Shown: positions 30,813 to 42,416, counted from the first letter of the stretch. The stretch: DNA of 64,000 nucleotides from an uncultured Gammaproteobacteria bacterium (GCA_963812025.1 CAWETQ010000008.1:39214-103213); one strand, 5' to 3'. The notes: generated from the letters alone by a model not told the origin. A program made the numbers and translations.

Positions 30813-31514
30813 ATGAATGAAAAATTAGCATGTCATAGTTGTATCGTATGTGGAAAAAAATTCTCTGTAAAAAATCTTATTCCGGGTGGTGCAATACGCG
30901 AAGTTATTACTCAGGAAATTGCTCATGATTATCCCAATTGGTCACCGACAAGTTATATTTGCCAAGCAGACTTAAGCAAATATCGTATTCAGTACGTTCA
31001 TTCATTGTTAAAGTCGGAAAAAGGTGAAGTCACCCACCTTGAGTATGAAGTCATTCATAGTATGCAACAGCATGAATTAATTACTAAAAATACGGAAACT
31101 GAACTGGGCAAAAGTTGGTCTTTTGGCGAGCGTTTGGCAGATAAAATTGCAACTTTTGGCGGAAGTTGGTTGTTTTTAATTTGTTTCGCAATTTTCATCA
31201 CGGTTTGGATTACGGTCAATACTGTGGTGGTGGTGACGCGTCCTGCCGATCCTTATCCCTTTATTTTATTGAATTTAATTTTATCTTGTTTGGCTGCCAT
31301 TCAAGCGCCTGTCATTATGATGAGCCAAAATAGACAAGAAGCCAAAGACCGACTACGTTCACAAAATGATTATCAAATTAATTTAAAAGCGGAACTTGAG
31401 ATTCGGCATTTACATGAAAAGTTGGATCATCTTTTATCGCATCAGTGGGAAAGGTTGGCGGAAATTCAAGAAATTCAGCTCGATTTGCTTTCTGAAATGG
31501 GGAAAAAAAATTAA
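30813..31514 (+). CDS. DUF1003 membrane protein with Cys-rich N-terminus
   Basis: GERLADKIATFGGSW, DPYPFILLNL and QAPVIMMSQNRQ motifs. Confidence 0.9.
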   Translation: MNEKLACHSCIVCGKKFSVKNLIPGGAIREVITQEIAHDYPNWSPTSYICQADLSKYRIQYVHSLLKSEKGEVTHLEYEVIHSMQQHELITKNTETELGKSWSFGERLADKIATFGGSWLFLICFAIFITVWITVNTVVVVTRPADPYPFILLNLILSCLAAIQAPVIMMSQNRQEAKDRLRSQNDYQINLKAELEIRHLHEKLDHLLSHQWERLAEIQEIQLDLLSEMGKKN

Positions 31515-31696
31515 AAATCAGATTTGATAAGATGAATATTGCAAATGTTGTCTTTGGATTTGATCGCGTATGGGATGGAGTTGTTATTGAATACTAACCG
31601 TAGGTTGAGATGCTTAGGAGATTTCAAATATCCTTGATTGACAGCTGAATTCTGCCTTGTTATTTTTCCCTAGTTTTTTCGATTACGCTATACGTC

Positions 31697-32359
31697 ATGC
31701 CTTCAAGCCACTTTGTTTATATGCCTCCACAGCAACCACTTTGCATCGTCTATGAAGATGATGATTTGGTGGTGATCGACAAGCCTGCGGGTTTGTTGTC
31801 TGTACCCGGACGTTTGCCTGAGCATCATGACAGTGCCTATTTACGTGTGGTTGAAAAATATCCTCATGCCAAAATCACCCATCGCCTAGATATGGCAACT
31901 TCGGGTATTTTAATGTTTGCCAAACACCGAAATGCTGAAGTGGCAGTCAGCAAGATGTTCCAAGCGCGTACAGTGAAAAAAAATTATATTGCGCTGGTAC
32001 AAGGCAAACTTGAAGGTCAGGGCAGTGTGGATGTACCGCTGATGACTGACTGGGAAAAGCGTCCACGTCAGATGGTGCATTTTGAATTGGGGAAAGCCGC
32101 AAAGACGTTATATCAAGCTTTGGAATATGTTGAGGCAGATGATATTACGCGGGTATTACTGACCCCTGTGACTGGGCGTTCGCATCAGTTACGTGTGCAT
32201 ATGCAATATATTGGGCATCCCATTACAGGGGATCAATTTTATCACCCTGACCATTTACAGTCAGCGTTAAAACGTATGGCATTACACGCGAGTTATTTGG
32301 CATTTAAGCAGCCATTGAGTGGGAAAAATGTTGAAATTAAAGGGAATGTACCTTTTTAA
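31697..32359 (+). CDS. rluA: RluA family pseudouridine synthase
   Basis: KPAGLLSVPG, HRLDMATSG and TGRSHQLRVH motifs. Confidence 0.88.
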   Translation: MPSSHFVYMPPQQPLCIVYEDDDLVVIDKPAGLLSVPGRLPEHHDSAYLRVVEKYPHAKITHRLDMATSGILMFAKHRNAEVAVSKMFQARTVKKNYIALVQGKLEGQGSVDVPLMTDWEKRPRQMVHFELGKAAKTLYQALEYVEADDITRVLLTPVTGRSHQLRVHMQYIGHPITGDQFYHPDHLQSALKRMALHASYLAFKQPLSGKNVEIKGNVPF

Positions 32360-32525
32360 TTGATTCTTAGGTAAATGACTCAGCGAGGAACGTTGCTTTT
32401 AAGCATCTAACCTTTTGTCGACTGATGATAAAGAGTTAAGACATTACATCTGCAAACTGAAACAAACTTGAGCTAATCTAAGTACAATGGTATAGCTATA
32501 CATAATGAAGATAAGGAAACGCCCC

Positions 32526-32903
32526 ATGACACGTAATTTTGAACAATTCCCAGATGACGACAATGGTAATGTACTTTGGCAAATGACTGAAGACGGTGAT
32601 GACCTAACAGAAGCGCATGAAATCGAATTTTCGATTGCATTCCAAACTGAAGAACAAGCTGAAAAATGTGCACTTTATTTACTTAAAGAAGAACAAAAAA
32701 TTAGCATGTTTGAAGATGAAGAGTCTGACACAGCAGAATGGGTGATTACGATCTATGTGTATATGGAACCGGAATATTCAGACATCGTGGATTTAGAAGA
32801 ATGGTTTGGCAAAATTGCAGAACAACATGGCGGTGAATATGACGGTTGGGGCTGCATGGCTTACGTCTATGATGATGAAGATGTTGAAGAAGAAGAAATC
32901 TAA
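32526..32903 (+). CDS. Ribonuclease E inhibitor RraB-like protein
   Basis: Very acidic; GDDLTEAHEIEF and GGEYDGWG motifs. Confidence 0.8.
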   Translation: MTRNFEQFPDDDNGNVLWQMTEDGDDLTEAHEIEFSIAFQTEEQAEKCALYLLKEEQKISMFEDEESDTAEWVITIYVYMEPEYSDIVDLEEWFGKIAEQHGGEYDGWGCMAYVYDDEDVEEEEI

Positions 32904-33032
32904 ATTCTGAATGTATTCAGTTATTTTAAAAAGCATGTTCAATTGGACATGCTTTTTTTATGCACAGTGAATAAAACTAAAGCCATACAGCGTAAAATGC
33001 CCCCTAATAAAACAAAAATAAGGAATGCAATT

Positions 33033-33479
33033 GTGAGTAATACCGTGAAATTGCATCGCGTATTCAGTGCGCCACCAGAACGGGTATTTAAAGCATTGAT
33101 TGACCCTGATGCTTTAGTGAAATGGATGGCACCGCATGGCTTTACCGCCAAAGTTCATCATCTGGATGCTAAAGTCGGCGGAACCTATAAAATGTCCTTT
33201 CGTAATTTTTCTACAGGTTCGAGCCACGGTTTTAGTGGAACTTATCATGAGCTGGTTCCAAATCAGTTATTACGCTATACCGACCAGTTTGATGATCCGA
33301 ATTTATCAGGTCAAATTGAAATGATCATTCAACTCAAAGCCGTTTCTGTAGGGACGGAGGTTAATATTACGCAATCGGGGATTCCCGATGTTATTCCCGT
33401 TGAAGCCTGTTATTTGGGTTGGCAAGAGTCATTGCAATTGTTGGCTTTGTTGGTTAATCCTGAAATTCCAGATCAATAA
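33033..33479 (+). CDS. SRPBCC/AHSA1 family protein
   Basis: GTG start after AAGGA; LHRVFSAPPERVFKA..GGTYKMSF..CYLGWQESL. Confidence 0.88.
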   Translation: MSNTVKLHRVFSAPPERVFKALIDPDALVKWMAPHGFTAKVHHLDAKVGGTYKMSFRNFSTGSSHGFSGTYHELVPNQLLRYTDQFDDPNLSGQIEMIIQLKAVSVGTEVNITQSGIPDVIPVEACYLGWQESLQLLALLVNPEIPDQ

Positions 33480-33570
33480 AAGCTCATTATATTTTGAGTG
33501 AATTTTATTCATTTATCTTTACGCGTATGACATATCAGCGTAAACATAATAAAAAACAGAGAAGTAATAG

Positions 33571-33912
33571 ATGAATAATACTGAACAAATTCAAAGATTA
33601 GAGCAGAAAGCTCGAGCTGCGATCTTATCTGCATATCAGAACGATACGGATGAAAATGGAGTCCGTTTATATGCTGAACATCATTTAGAGGAACTTGAGC
33701 CAGATTATTGGCTGAAAAACTTAGGTACTGCAACGCCTCAACTTTTACAGGTTTTAAACCTGCTAGAACTGAGTCCGCATGTTGATTGGACGCTTGATCA
33801 GGATGAAAATTATCGGATTGATTTCACGCTTCCAGAAGATGTAACTCAATATGTTTTATGTGTAGAGCTGGATCGTGATGAGACCTTAGTTGGAATTTCA
33901 ATGGAGAGTTAA
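33571..33912 (+). CDS. DUF2004-like acidic hypothetical protein
   Basis: Y.EHHLEE and C-terminal DFTL..TQYVLCV..ISMES pattern. Confidence 0.65.
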   Translation: MNNTEQIQRLEQKARAAILSAYQNDTDENGVRLYAEHHLEELEPDYWLKNLGTATPQLLQVLNLLELSPHVDWTLDQDENYRIDFTLPEDVTQYVLCVELDRDETLVGISMES

Positions 33913-33933
33913 TATGTTTAAAGGATAGATCAT

Positions 33934-34026
33934 ATGAATATCTATATGAAACGTATTTATACAGCCGCTAAAAATGAACAGTATAATCATGTGCTTGTGC
34001 TCAAACAGATTTTAGAACAAGGATAA
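33934..34026 (+). pseudogene. Internally deleted DUF488/YeaO-like mini-gene
   Basis: AAGGA RBS; MNIYMKRIY fused in frame to TAAKNEQYNHVLVLKQILEQG*. Confidence 0.6.
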
Positions 34027-34119
34027 GTCGGTTAAAGCCTTCTTTATCCCATAAAATAAATAGGGTTTTAGCAAGCGACTTCGGGATAAAATGTTATATT
34101 AGTGTTTTTGAGGTTTTTT

Positions 34120-34461
34120 ATGTCTTTGCCAAATTGCCCAAAATGTAACTCAGAATATGCTTATCAAGATGGCGATTTGCTGATTTGCCCAGAGTGCTCT
34201 CATGAATGGAAAGAGAGTGAAAGCAAGGTTGATGAAGTAACAACAATTAAAGACGCAAATGGCAATATCCTCAGCGATGGTGATACGGTAACAGTCATTA
34301 AAGATTTGAAAATTAAAGGTTCATCTTCAGTGGTGAAAGTGGGTACAAAAGCGAAAAATATTCGCTTATTGCTAGACGCGACTGATGGTCATGATATTGA
34401 TTGTAAAGTGGATGGTTTTGGCCCAATGAAACTCAAATCTGAATTTGTAAAAAAAGCTTAA
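34120..34461 (+). CDS. Zinc-ribbon PhnA/YjdM family protein
   Basis: CPKC..CPEC; [11 protein letters not shown]; LKSEFVKK. Confidence 0.9.
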   Translation: MSLPNCPKCNSEYAYQDGDLLICPECSHEWKESESKVDEVTTIKDANGNILSDGDTVTVIKDLKIKGSSSVVKVGTKAKNIRLLLDATDGHDIDCKVDGFGPMKLKSEFVKKA

Positions 34462-34479
34462 TGAATACAGTTTGAAGTC

Positions 34480-34514
34480 AAAAAAGCCCGAGCCAAAATG
34501 CGAGGGCTTTTTTT
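34480..34514 (+). terminator. Rho-independent terminator
   Basis: A6-GCCC..GGGC-T7. Confidence 0.7.
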
Positions 34515-34721
34515 ATGGGATCGTAATTTATTTATTGTCCTTATTATATTTTAGGTCATTGATTGGCATGATTCGTATCAAGTTTTATATAAAAGTGAGC
34601 AATTGTTAAGATGGCTATTTCTTTTATTAATACTGACGATTGATTAAACATTGAGACATTGAGCTGCTGATTCAGTACACAGCATGCTATAACGAAGCAA
34701 TGATCTTAAAGGATTTTTATT

Positions 34722-35081
34722 ATGCCGCATATTCATTTGGAATATTCAGACAACATTGAAAACTTAGCACCGCAACCACTTCTTCTGGCTTTAAACCAAG
34801 CATTGCTCGATGGCGCTTATGTGCATTCAGCCAATGAGGTGAAAAGTCGTGCCATTTGTCAGCAAGATTATGTCATTGGTTTAGGGGATAAATCACAAGC
34901 CTATGTACACGCCAAAGTTTCGTTATTAACAGGGCGAAGTGTGGAATTACAACAGGAAATTTCCCAATTATTATTAAGCGTACTTGAGCAGCATTTACCT
35001 CAACAAAGCCAATTGAGTTTGCAAATTTGTGTAGAAATTTTAGAAATGCAGAAAGAAACCTATAGCAAAAAAATTGTCTAA
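34722..35081 (+). CDS. 5-carboxymethyl-2-hydroxymuconate isomerase family (tautomerase)
   Basis: Catalytic Pro1 in MPHIHLEYS; KSRA; LLTGRS. Confidence 0.82.
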   Translation: MPHIHLEYSDNIENLAPQPLLLALNQALLDGAYVHSANEVKSRAICQQDYVIGLGDKSQAYVHAKVSLLTGRSVELQQEISQLLLSVLEQHLPQQSQLSLQICVEILEMQKETYSKKIV

Positions 35082-35336
35082 TCAGTACGCAGTAAATAGG
35101 GTTAAAGAGAGAATGAGATCTGAGATTTCATTCTCTTTTATTATTGAATCACACAAAAAATCATTCAATAATTTGGGTTGTTGACGCCGCATTTTCAGAA
35201 AAGATCACGTTATCAATTTTTAACAAAACATGCTTTTTTAAAAAGTTAAAAGTCATTTATATTTAATCGAAGTAGGGTGTTTTTTAATCAAAACAGTGAT
35301 GTTTATAAACTGTAAAATAACAAGAGGGTGTTCACA

Positions 35337-35672
35337 ATGTCAGGATGGTATGAATTAAGTCAAAGCAGTGACGGACAATATCGATTTGTTTTAAAAGCAG
35401 GAAATGGCGAAGTTATTTTGACCAGTGAATTATATAAGGCTAAAGCTTCTGCGCATAATGGGATTGAATCGGTACAAAAAAATAGTGCGGATGACAGTCA
35501 TTTTGAACGTAAGGAAGCAAAAAATGGTAAGCCTTATTTCAATTTAAAAGCGGTTAATCATCAAGTTATTGGAACCAGTCAGTTTTATTCAAGTGAGCAA
35601 TCGCGCGAAAAGGGCATTGAGTCGGTAAAAACTAATGGTTCAAGTACGACAATTAAAGATTTAATTGCTTAA
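35337..35672 (+). CDS. YegP/DUF1508 family protein
   Basis: Two repeats of FxLKAxNxxVIxTS..Y..GIESV. Confidence 0.9.
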   Translation: MSGWYELSQSSDGQYRFVLKAGNGEVILTSELYKAKASAHNGIESVQKNSADDSHFERKEAKNGKPYFNLKAVNHQVIGTSQFYSSEQSREKGIESVKTNGSSTTIKDLIA

Positions 35673-35692
35673 ATCAAAATAAGATTTATATC

Positions 35693-35719
35693 AAAGGATG
35701 TGGTGACACATCCTTTTTT
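35693..35719 (+). terminator. Rho-independent terminator
   Basis: GGATGTG-GTGA-CACATCC-T6. Confidence 0.85.
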
Positions 35720-35820
35720 ATCGCCCAATGAAACATGAGTTTTAGCTTTTTAAATAGGGTAGAAAACCTGATCTCAAAGCGATAAACGAATTTGATGAAC
35801 AGGTTTGAATCCATTGGGAA

Positions 35821-36657
<837 letters not shown>

Positions 36658-36689
36658 TTAAAGTAAATGATGTGGCAAAGGGTCAGTTT

Positions 36690-37340
36690 GTGATTAAAAA
36701 TATTTTGATTGATTTAGATGGAACACTGACGGATCCCAAAGTGGGGATTACCAGCAGTGCACGTTATGGTTTAAATAAAATTGGTCATCCCATTGCTGAT
36801 GATGTCAATATTGATTGGATTATTGGCCCGCCATTAAAAGCATCTCTGGCAAAAATTTTAAATGTCGATGTACATGATGTTTTGGCTGAACAGGCTTTAA
36901 TGGGATATCGTGAACGATTTGCTACCACTGGTTTATATGAAAACCACGTTTTCCCTCAAGTGGCTGAAACCTTAAAAGCATTGCAACAACAAGGCTACCG
37001 TTTATTTTTAGCCACGGCAAAACCTGAAGTGTATGCCAAACAAATTTTAGAGCATTTTGATTTATTGCAATATTTTGAATATCCCTATGGCAGTGAATTA
37101 AACGGGGAACGTAGCAATAAAGGCGATTTGATTGAATATATTCTTAAAAAAGAACAGTTAAATTCGGCTGAATGTTTGATGGTTGGCGATCGTGAGTATG
37201 ATATTTTTGGCGCACGTCATCATGGAATCGAAACCATTGCGGTGGAATATGGTTATGGTTCAAAAGCAGAGTTGGATGCAGCCAAACCCAAAGCGCGAAT
37301 TCAACAATTTTCAGAAATTTTAACTCATTTAGGGCATTAA
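36690..37340 (+). CDS. HAD family hydrolase (phosphoglycolate phosphatase/5'-nucleotidase-like)
   Basis: DLDGTLTD, ATAKP and MVGDR motifs. Confidence 0.88.
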   Translation: MIKNILIDLDGTLTDPKVGITSSARYGLNKIGHPIADDVNIDWIIGPPLKASLAKILNVDVHDVLAEQALMGYRERFATTGLYENHVFPQVAETLKALQQQGYRLFLATAKPEVYAKQILEHFDLLQYFEYPYGSELNGERSNKGDLIEYILKKEQLNSAECLMVGDREYDIFGARHHGIETIAVEYGYGSKAELDAAKPKARIQQFSEILTHLGH

Positions 37341-37445
37341 ACCTGAGAAAGCTATTTCGTAATTGTTGATGCGTAAATCGCTTTATTTGTAACAAAGTCC
37401 TTGTGAAATATACATTTAAGATGATTGGAATTATCGTCTTAAATG

Positions 37446-37910
37446 TTATCTCAAATCTAAGTACAGCGTTTCTTTCACTTCTTCCATCACGATATAACTA
37501 TGTGATGATGCCGATGATGGCAACTTTTTCAATAAATCCCCCAATAAGCGACGATAGGCACTCATTTCTTTCAGGCGTGCTTTGACCAAATAATCGAATT
37601 CACCTGAAATGAGATGGCATTCCAAGACTTCAGGGATTTCAACTAAATCACGAGCAACCTGATCAAATACATCGCCCGATTTAGCTGATAATTTAATTTC
37701 TAAAAAAACCAATAAACTGCGATTCACCAGCTCAGGGTTAAGCCGAGCATAGTAGCCCATAATAATGCCATCACGTTCTAAACGCTTCACACGTTCAGAG
37801 CAGGGTGTGGTCGATAAATTAATTCGAGATGCCAACTCACTAATGGCAATTCGCCCGTCGCGTTGCAAGATCTCTAAAATTTGGTGATCGATTCGATCTA
37901 ATGTACGCAT
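37446..37910 (-). CDS. lrp: Lrp/AsnC family regulator of the dad operon
   Basis: LDRIDHQIL..DGRI..LSTTPCSERVKRLE; divergent from dadA. Confidence 0.88.
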   Translation of the reverse strand: MRTLDRIDHQILEILQRDGRIAISELASRINLSTTPCSERVKRLERDGIIMGYYARLNPELVNRSLLVFLEIKLSAKSGDVFDQVARDLVEIPEVLECHLISGEFDYLVKARLKEMSAYRRLLGDLLKKLPSSASSHSYIVMEEVKETLYLDLR

Positions 37911-38047
37911 TCGTTTTGTCCATTTTTAGCGTTATTTTACGATAAATTTATTAATTTACCTAAATTATAGGGCTTAAAATAGTTAAAAAAACTGTTTATT
38001 GCGGAATATACTAGTTAAATAAACTAAATATACGTAAAGGAAGAGCG

Positions 38048-39307
38048 ATGCGTGTAATTGTCTTAGGTAGTGGTGTTATTGGTGTTGCAAGTGCGTATTA
38101 CCTAGCGCAGCAGGGAGCAACTGTCACTGTTTTAGACCGTCAATCAGGTCCAGCAGAAGAAACCAGTTTTGGTAACGCAGGACAAATCTCACCAGGATAT
38201 TCTACACCTTGGGCTGCACCAGGGATTCCTTTTAAAGCCGTAAAATGGATGTTCCAACATCATGCGCCACTTGCGATCAATATTGATGGCAGTATTTGGC
38301 AATTGAATTGGATGGCGCAAATGCTTAAAAACTGCAATCCAAATAGTTATGCCATCAATAAAGAACGTATGACTCGTGTTGCAGAATATAGCCGTGACTG
38401 TTTAAGAGAGCTCAGAAAAGAGACGGGTATCAGTTACGAACATCGCTCAAAAGGCACACTACAAGTATTCCGTAATGAAGCTCAACTTGAGGCGGTACAA
38501 CGTGATATTCAAGTGCTTAAAGAGTGCGGTGTGGATTATGAACTGTTACTTAAAGATGAACTTGCAAAAGTAGAACCTGCTTTAGAATATGCTAAAGATA
38601 AATTGGTCGGTGGATTGCATTTGCCGAATGATGAAACAGGTGACTGCTATATGTTCACCAATGCTTTAGCAAATTTAGCCAAAGATTTAGGCGTTGATTT
38701 CAAATTTAACCAAAATGTTGAAAGACTTGTGGTTGAAGGTGATGAAATCAAAGGTGTTGTGGTCGATGGTCAAGTTCTGACTGCGGATCGTTACGTCTTG
38801 GCATTTGGTAGCTACTCGCGTGACTTCCTTAAACCACTGAATTTGAATTTGCCTGTTTATCCTGTGAAAGGCTATTCACTTACGATTCCTATTGTCGATC
38901 CTGCTTTTGCACCGCAATCAACCGTGTTGGATGAAACCTACAAAATTGCCATTACACGTTTTGATCAACGTATTCGTGTGGGTGGTATGGCTGAACTAAG
39001 TGGCTTTAATCATGGTTTAAATGCCAACCGTCGTGCAACTTTAGAAATGGTGACACAGGATTTATTCCCGGGTGGTGATTTAGCGCAGGCTTCTTTCTGG
39101 ACAGGTTTACGTCCAATGACCCCTGATAGCACACCGATTATTGGCGCAACTGCCTATAAAAATCTGTTCCTCAATACCGGTCATGGCACTTTAGGTTGGA
39201 CGATGGCATGTGGTTCAGGCAAGTTAATCAGTGATTTGGTATTGAACAATAAGCCAGATATTAGTACGGATGGCTTGTCTATTCAGCGCTATCCACATGC
39301 TGCTTAA
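38048..39307 (+). CDS. dadA: D-amino acid dehydrogenase
   Basis: GSGVIG FAD motif, [26 protein letters not shown]. Confidence 0.96.
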   Translation: MRVIVLGSGVIGVASAYYLAQQGATVTVLDRQSGPAEETSFGNAGQISPGYSTPWAAPGIPFKAVKWMFQHHAPLAINIDGSIWQLNWMAQMLKNCNPNSYAINKERMTRVAEYSRDCLRELRKETGISYEHRSKGTLQVFRNEAQLEAVQRDIQVLKECGVDYELLLKDELAKVEPALEYAKDKLVGGLHLPNDETGDCYMFTNALANLAKDLGVDFKFNQNVERLVVEGDEIKGVVVDGQVLTADRYVLAFGSYSRDFLKPLNLNLPVYPVKGYSLTIPIVDPAFAPQSTVLDETYKIAITRFDQRIRVGGMAELSGFNHGLNANRRATLEMVTQDLFPGGDLAQASFWTGLRPMTPDSTPIIGATAYKNLFLNTGHGTLGWTMACGSGKLISDLVLNNKPDISTDGLSIQRYPHAA

Positions 39308-39343
39308 CCATCATTTAAAACTGATTATTCAAGGAAGAATAAA

Positions 39344-40444
39344 ATGCCACGTCCAATTACTGCCATCATTCATAGTGAAGCGCTGCAACATAATTTAACG
39401 ATTGCAAAACAGCATATGCCAAATAGCAAGGTCTATGCTGTGGTCAAAGCCAATGCTTATGGTCACGGCATCGAAAATGTCTATGCGTCATTTAAAACGG
39501 CAGATGGTTTTGCATTGTTGGATATTGCCGAGGCTAGACGCTTACGTGAGCTCGGTTGGACGGGTGCAATTTTATTATTGGAAGGTATTTTCTCAGCGCA
39601 AGATTTACAGGATTGTGTCGATTTAAATTTGAGTTTTACCATTCATAGTGAACATCAAATTCTTTGGATTGAGCAATTTCCTGAAGCTGCTCAGTTTGAT
39701 GTTTACCTGAAAATGAATAGTGGAATGAACCGTTTAGGCTTCCATCCTGAGCATTATCGTAATGCTTGGCAAAGACTCAATCAGCTTGATAAAATTCAAA
39801 CCATCACTCATATGATGCATTTTTCTGATGCAGACAGTGATCGCTTTGGTGAGTCAGGCATTGATTATCAATCTACAATTTTTGAAGAAACGATTCGTGA
39901 TTTACCCGGCGAAAGAACGATTTGTAATAGTGCTGCGATTCTTAGACATTCAGCCCTACATTCAGACACTGTGCGCAGTGGCATTATGCTTTATGGCAGC
40001 TCCCCAGATTATCCAGCACATACCATTCAAGATTGGAATTTACAGCCGAGCATGAGCTTGCGCAGTGAAATTATTGCCATTCAAGATATTCAAAGCGATG
40101 ACAGCGTGGGCTACGGTTCTACTTTTATTGCCGAACAAGCGATGAAAATAGGCATTGTGGCATGCGGTTATGCCGATGGGTATCAACGTATTTCACCAAC
40201 GGGAACGCCTGTACTGGTGAATTCAGTTCGAACCAAAATCATCGGGCGTATCAGCATGGATATGCTCGCAGTAGATATTTCAAATATTAAAGATGCTGAA
40301 GTTGGAAGCGAAGTTGTGCTTTGGGGGAAATCGTCAAATGGCACGGTTCTCCCAATCGATGAAGTCGCTGCAAGTTCAGGAACAATCGGCTATGAACTGA
40401 TGTGTGCGGTCACCGCGCGTGTCAATTTTATCAATCAAGAATAA
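39344..40444 (+). CDS. alr: Alanine racemase (catabolic DadX type)
   Basis: AVVKANAYGHG PLP-lysine motif, GMNRLG, GYADG. Confidence 0.93.
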   Translation: MPRPITAIIHSEALQHNLTIAKQHMPNSKVYAVVKANAYGHGIENVYASFKTADGFALLDIAEARRLRELGWTGAILLLEGIFSAQDLQDCVDLNLSFTIHSEHQILWIEQFPEAAQFDVYLKMNSGMNRLGFHPEHYRNAWQRLNQLDKIQTITHMMHFSDADSDRFGESGIDYQSTIFEETIRDLPGERTICNSAAILRHSALHSDTVRSGIMLYGSSPDYPAHTIQDWNLQPSMSLRSEIIAIQDIQSDDSVGYGSTFIAEQAMKIGIVACGYADGYQRISPTGTPVLVNSVRTKIIGRISMDMLAVDISNIKDAEVGSEVVLWGKSSNGTVLPIDEVAASSGTIGYELMCAVTARVNFINQE

Positions 40445-40454
40445 GGGCATAATC

Positions 40455-40814
40455 ATGTCAAACAATGATATCCAAAAGATCAACAGCAACGAAGTGATGA
40501 GTGCTGTAACCGTGTTTAATCAAGTGGTGTATTTGTCAGGTCAAGTACCTAAAAATACGGATGCAGATGTTGCTGGGCAAACGCGTGAAATTTTAGCGAC
40601 CATTGATGAATTACTGGCATTGGCCAATACAGATAAGACACGATTATTGTCTGCGCAAATTTATTTGAAAAATTTACCCGATTTTTCAGCAGTAAATGCG
40701 ATTTGGATTGACTGGCTACAGGGTTGTGTGGCACCTTCGCGCGCAACAATTCAAGCTGACTTGGTTAACCCGAATTGGCTGATTGAAATCGCAGTAACAG
40801 CAGCACAAAAGTAA
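40455..40814 (+). CDS. RidA family protein (YoaB-like)
   Basis: VYLSGQVP, PSRATIQA, IEIAVTA. Confidence 0.88.
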   Translation: MSNNDIQKINSNEVMSAVTVFNQVVYLSGQVPKNTDADVAGQTREILATIDELLALANTDKTRLLSAQIYLKNLPDFSAVNAIWIDWLQGCVAPSRATIQADLVNPNWLIEIAVTAAQK

Positions 40815-40969
40815 TGTGGTGTTGTTGAGAAACAAATGAAATACTTAGAATGAAGCTGGAATGTAATCCATTTCGTTTCATTCTTGGACGGGTAAATCAA
40901 ATTGAGTAGAACGCTCAAGTGCCAAAAGCATGATTTGTCCGTTGAGGGATATGTCAAAAAGGATATTTT

Positions 40970-42400
40970 ATGACCACTTCAAGCCAACACGAAGACGCAC
41001 AATCGTCGCCCCATGAGCTACAGCGAAAATTATCGAACCGCCATTTACAGTTAATTGCCATTGGTGGTGCGATCGGAACAGGACTCTTTATGGGGTCAGG
41101 GAAAACCATTTCTCTAGCTGGCCCTTCAATTTTAATCATTTATATGATTATTGGCGGTATGTTCTTTTTCCTGATGCGTGCATTAGGTGAAATACTACTG
41201 TCGAACTTGCACTACAAATCATTTATTGATATGGCTCATGATTTAATCGGGCCGGGAGCAGGTTACTATATTGGATGGTCATATTGGTTAGGCTGGATTT
41301 TGGTGGGTATCGCAGATCTAGCAGCCATTATTAACTATTTAGGCTTTTGGTTACCTCCAGACATGACTTTCACCCCAATGGGGCAGGCACTGATTAGTGC
41401 AGGCTGTGTGCTCTTTGTTTTAGGGATTAATCTACTTACCGTCAAATTATTTGGTGAGATTGAATTCTGGTTTGCACTGATTAAAATTTTAGCCATTATT
41501 GGTTTGATTGGTATTGGTGGCTTTATGGTGTTCACTCACTATCAAGCACCAGGTGGCTCAATCGCGAGTTTTAGTAATGTCTGGTCTCATGGTGGGATGT
41601 TCCCGAAAGGTGGAAACGGCTTCTTGGCTGGTTTCCAAATCGCACTGTTTGCCTTTGTCGGCGTAGAATTGATTGGTACGATGGCTGCTGAAACAAAAGA
41701 TCCTGAAAAGAATCTACCGAAGGCTGTCAACGCAATTCCGACACGAATTATCTTATTTTATGTTCTCGCATTATTCATCGTGATGTCTGTTACGCCATGG
41801 ATAGAAATTCCAGCAGATCAAAGCCCATTCGTGTCATTGTTCTTGCACGCAGGCATTCCAACTTCAGCCATCATCATGAACTTGGTTGTATTGTCTTCAG
41901 TACTCTCTTCAATGAATAGCGGTGTGTTTTCAACCAGTCGTATGTTGTTTGGTTTAGCCAAAGAAGGGCAAGCACCAACCAAATTAGCAGAACTTTCTGC
42001 GCGTGCGGTTCCTGCGAAAGGCCTCGTTTTTTCTTGCGCTTTCATTATGAGTGGCGCGGCATTACAGTATTTTGTCCCGAACACGATAGAAGCTTTTACC
42101 TTGGCAAGCTCTCTGTGTGTGATTTTGTTTATTAGTATTTGGAGCTTAATTATGGTGTGTTATTTACGCTATAGAAAGTTAAATCCAGAACTACATACAA
42201 AATCAACATTTAAAATGCCGGGTGGTATATGGATGTCCTACATTGTTTTGGCATTCCTATTGTTTACGCTAGTGATCTTAAGCTTAGAGCCAGATACGCT
42301 AAAAGCATTAATTATTAGCCCGTTATGGTTGGTTATTTTAGCGGTAACGTATCACATTCTGTATAAGCCACGCATGAAAAAGCTGAACAAAAAGCTTTAG
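40970..42400 (+). CDS. cycA: D-alanine/D-serine/glycine permease
   Basis: LSNRHLQLIAIGGAIGTGLFMGSG, FAFVGVELIG; located in the dad operon. Confidence 0.85.
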   Translation: MTTSSQHEDAQSSPHELQRKLSNRHLQLIAIGGAIGTGLFMGSGKTISLAGPSILIIYMIIGGMFFFLMRALGEILLSNLHYKSFIDMAHDLIGPGAGYYIGWSYWLGWILVGIADLAAIINYLGFWLPPDMTFTPMGQALISAGCVLFVLGINLLTVKLFGEIEFWFALIKILAIIGLIGIGGFMVFTHYQAPGGSIASFSNVWSHGGMFPKGGNGFLAGFQIALFAFVGVELIGTMAAETKDPEKNLPKAVNAIPTRIILFYVLALFIVMSVTPWIEIPADQSPFVSLFLHAGIPTSAIIMNLVVLSSVLSSMNSGVFSTSRMLFGLAKEGQAPTKLAELSARAVPAKGLVFSCAFIMSGAALQYFVPNTIEAFTLASSLCVILFISIWSLIMVCYLRYRKLNPELHTKSTFKMPGGIWMSYIVLAFLLFTLVILSLEPDTLKALIISPLWLVILAVTYHILYKPRMKKLNKKL

Positions 42401-42416
42401 TCATGATTTGAATTTT

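Noticed and set aside
31532-31597. 21-aa ORF MNIANVVFGFDRVWDGVVIEY
   Set aside because: Weak RBS and no supporting motif; cannot be told apart from chance.
28200-35720. Integron cassette array
   Set aside because: No integrase and no recurring RYYYAAC..GTTRRRY attC structure after the genes; the spacers hold ordinary terminators.
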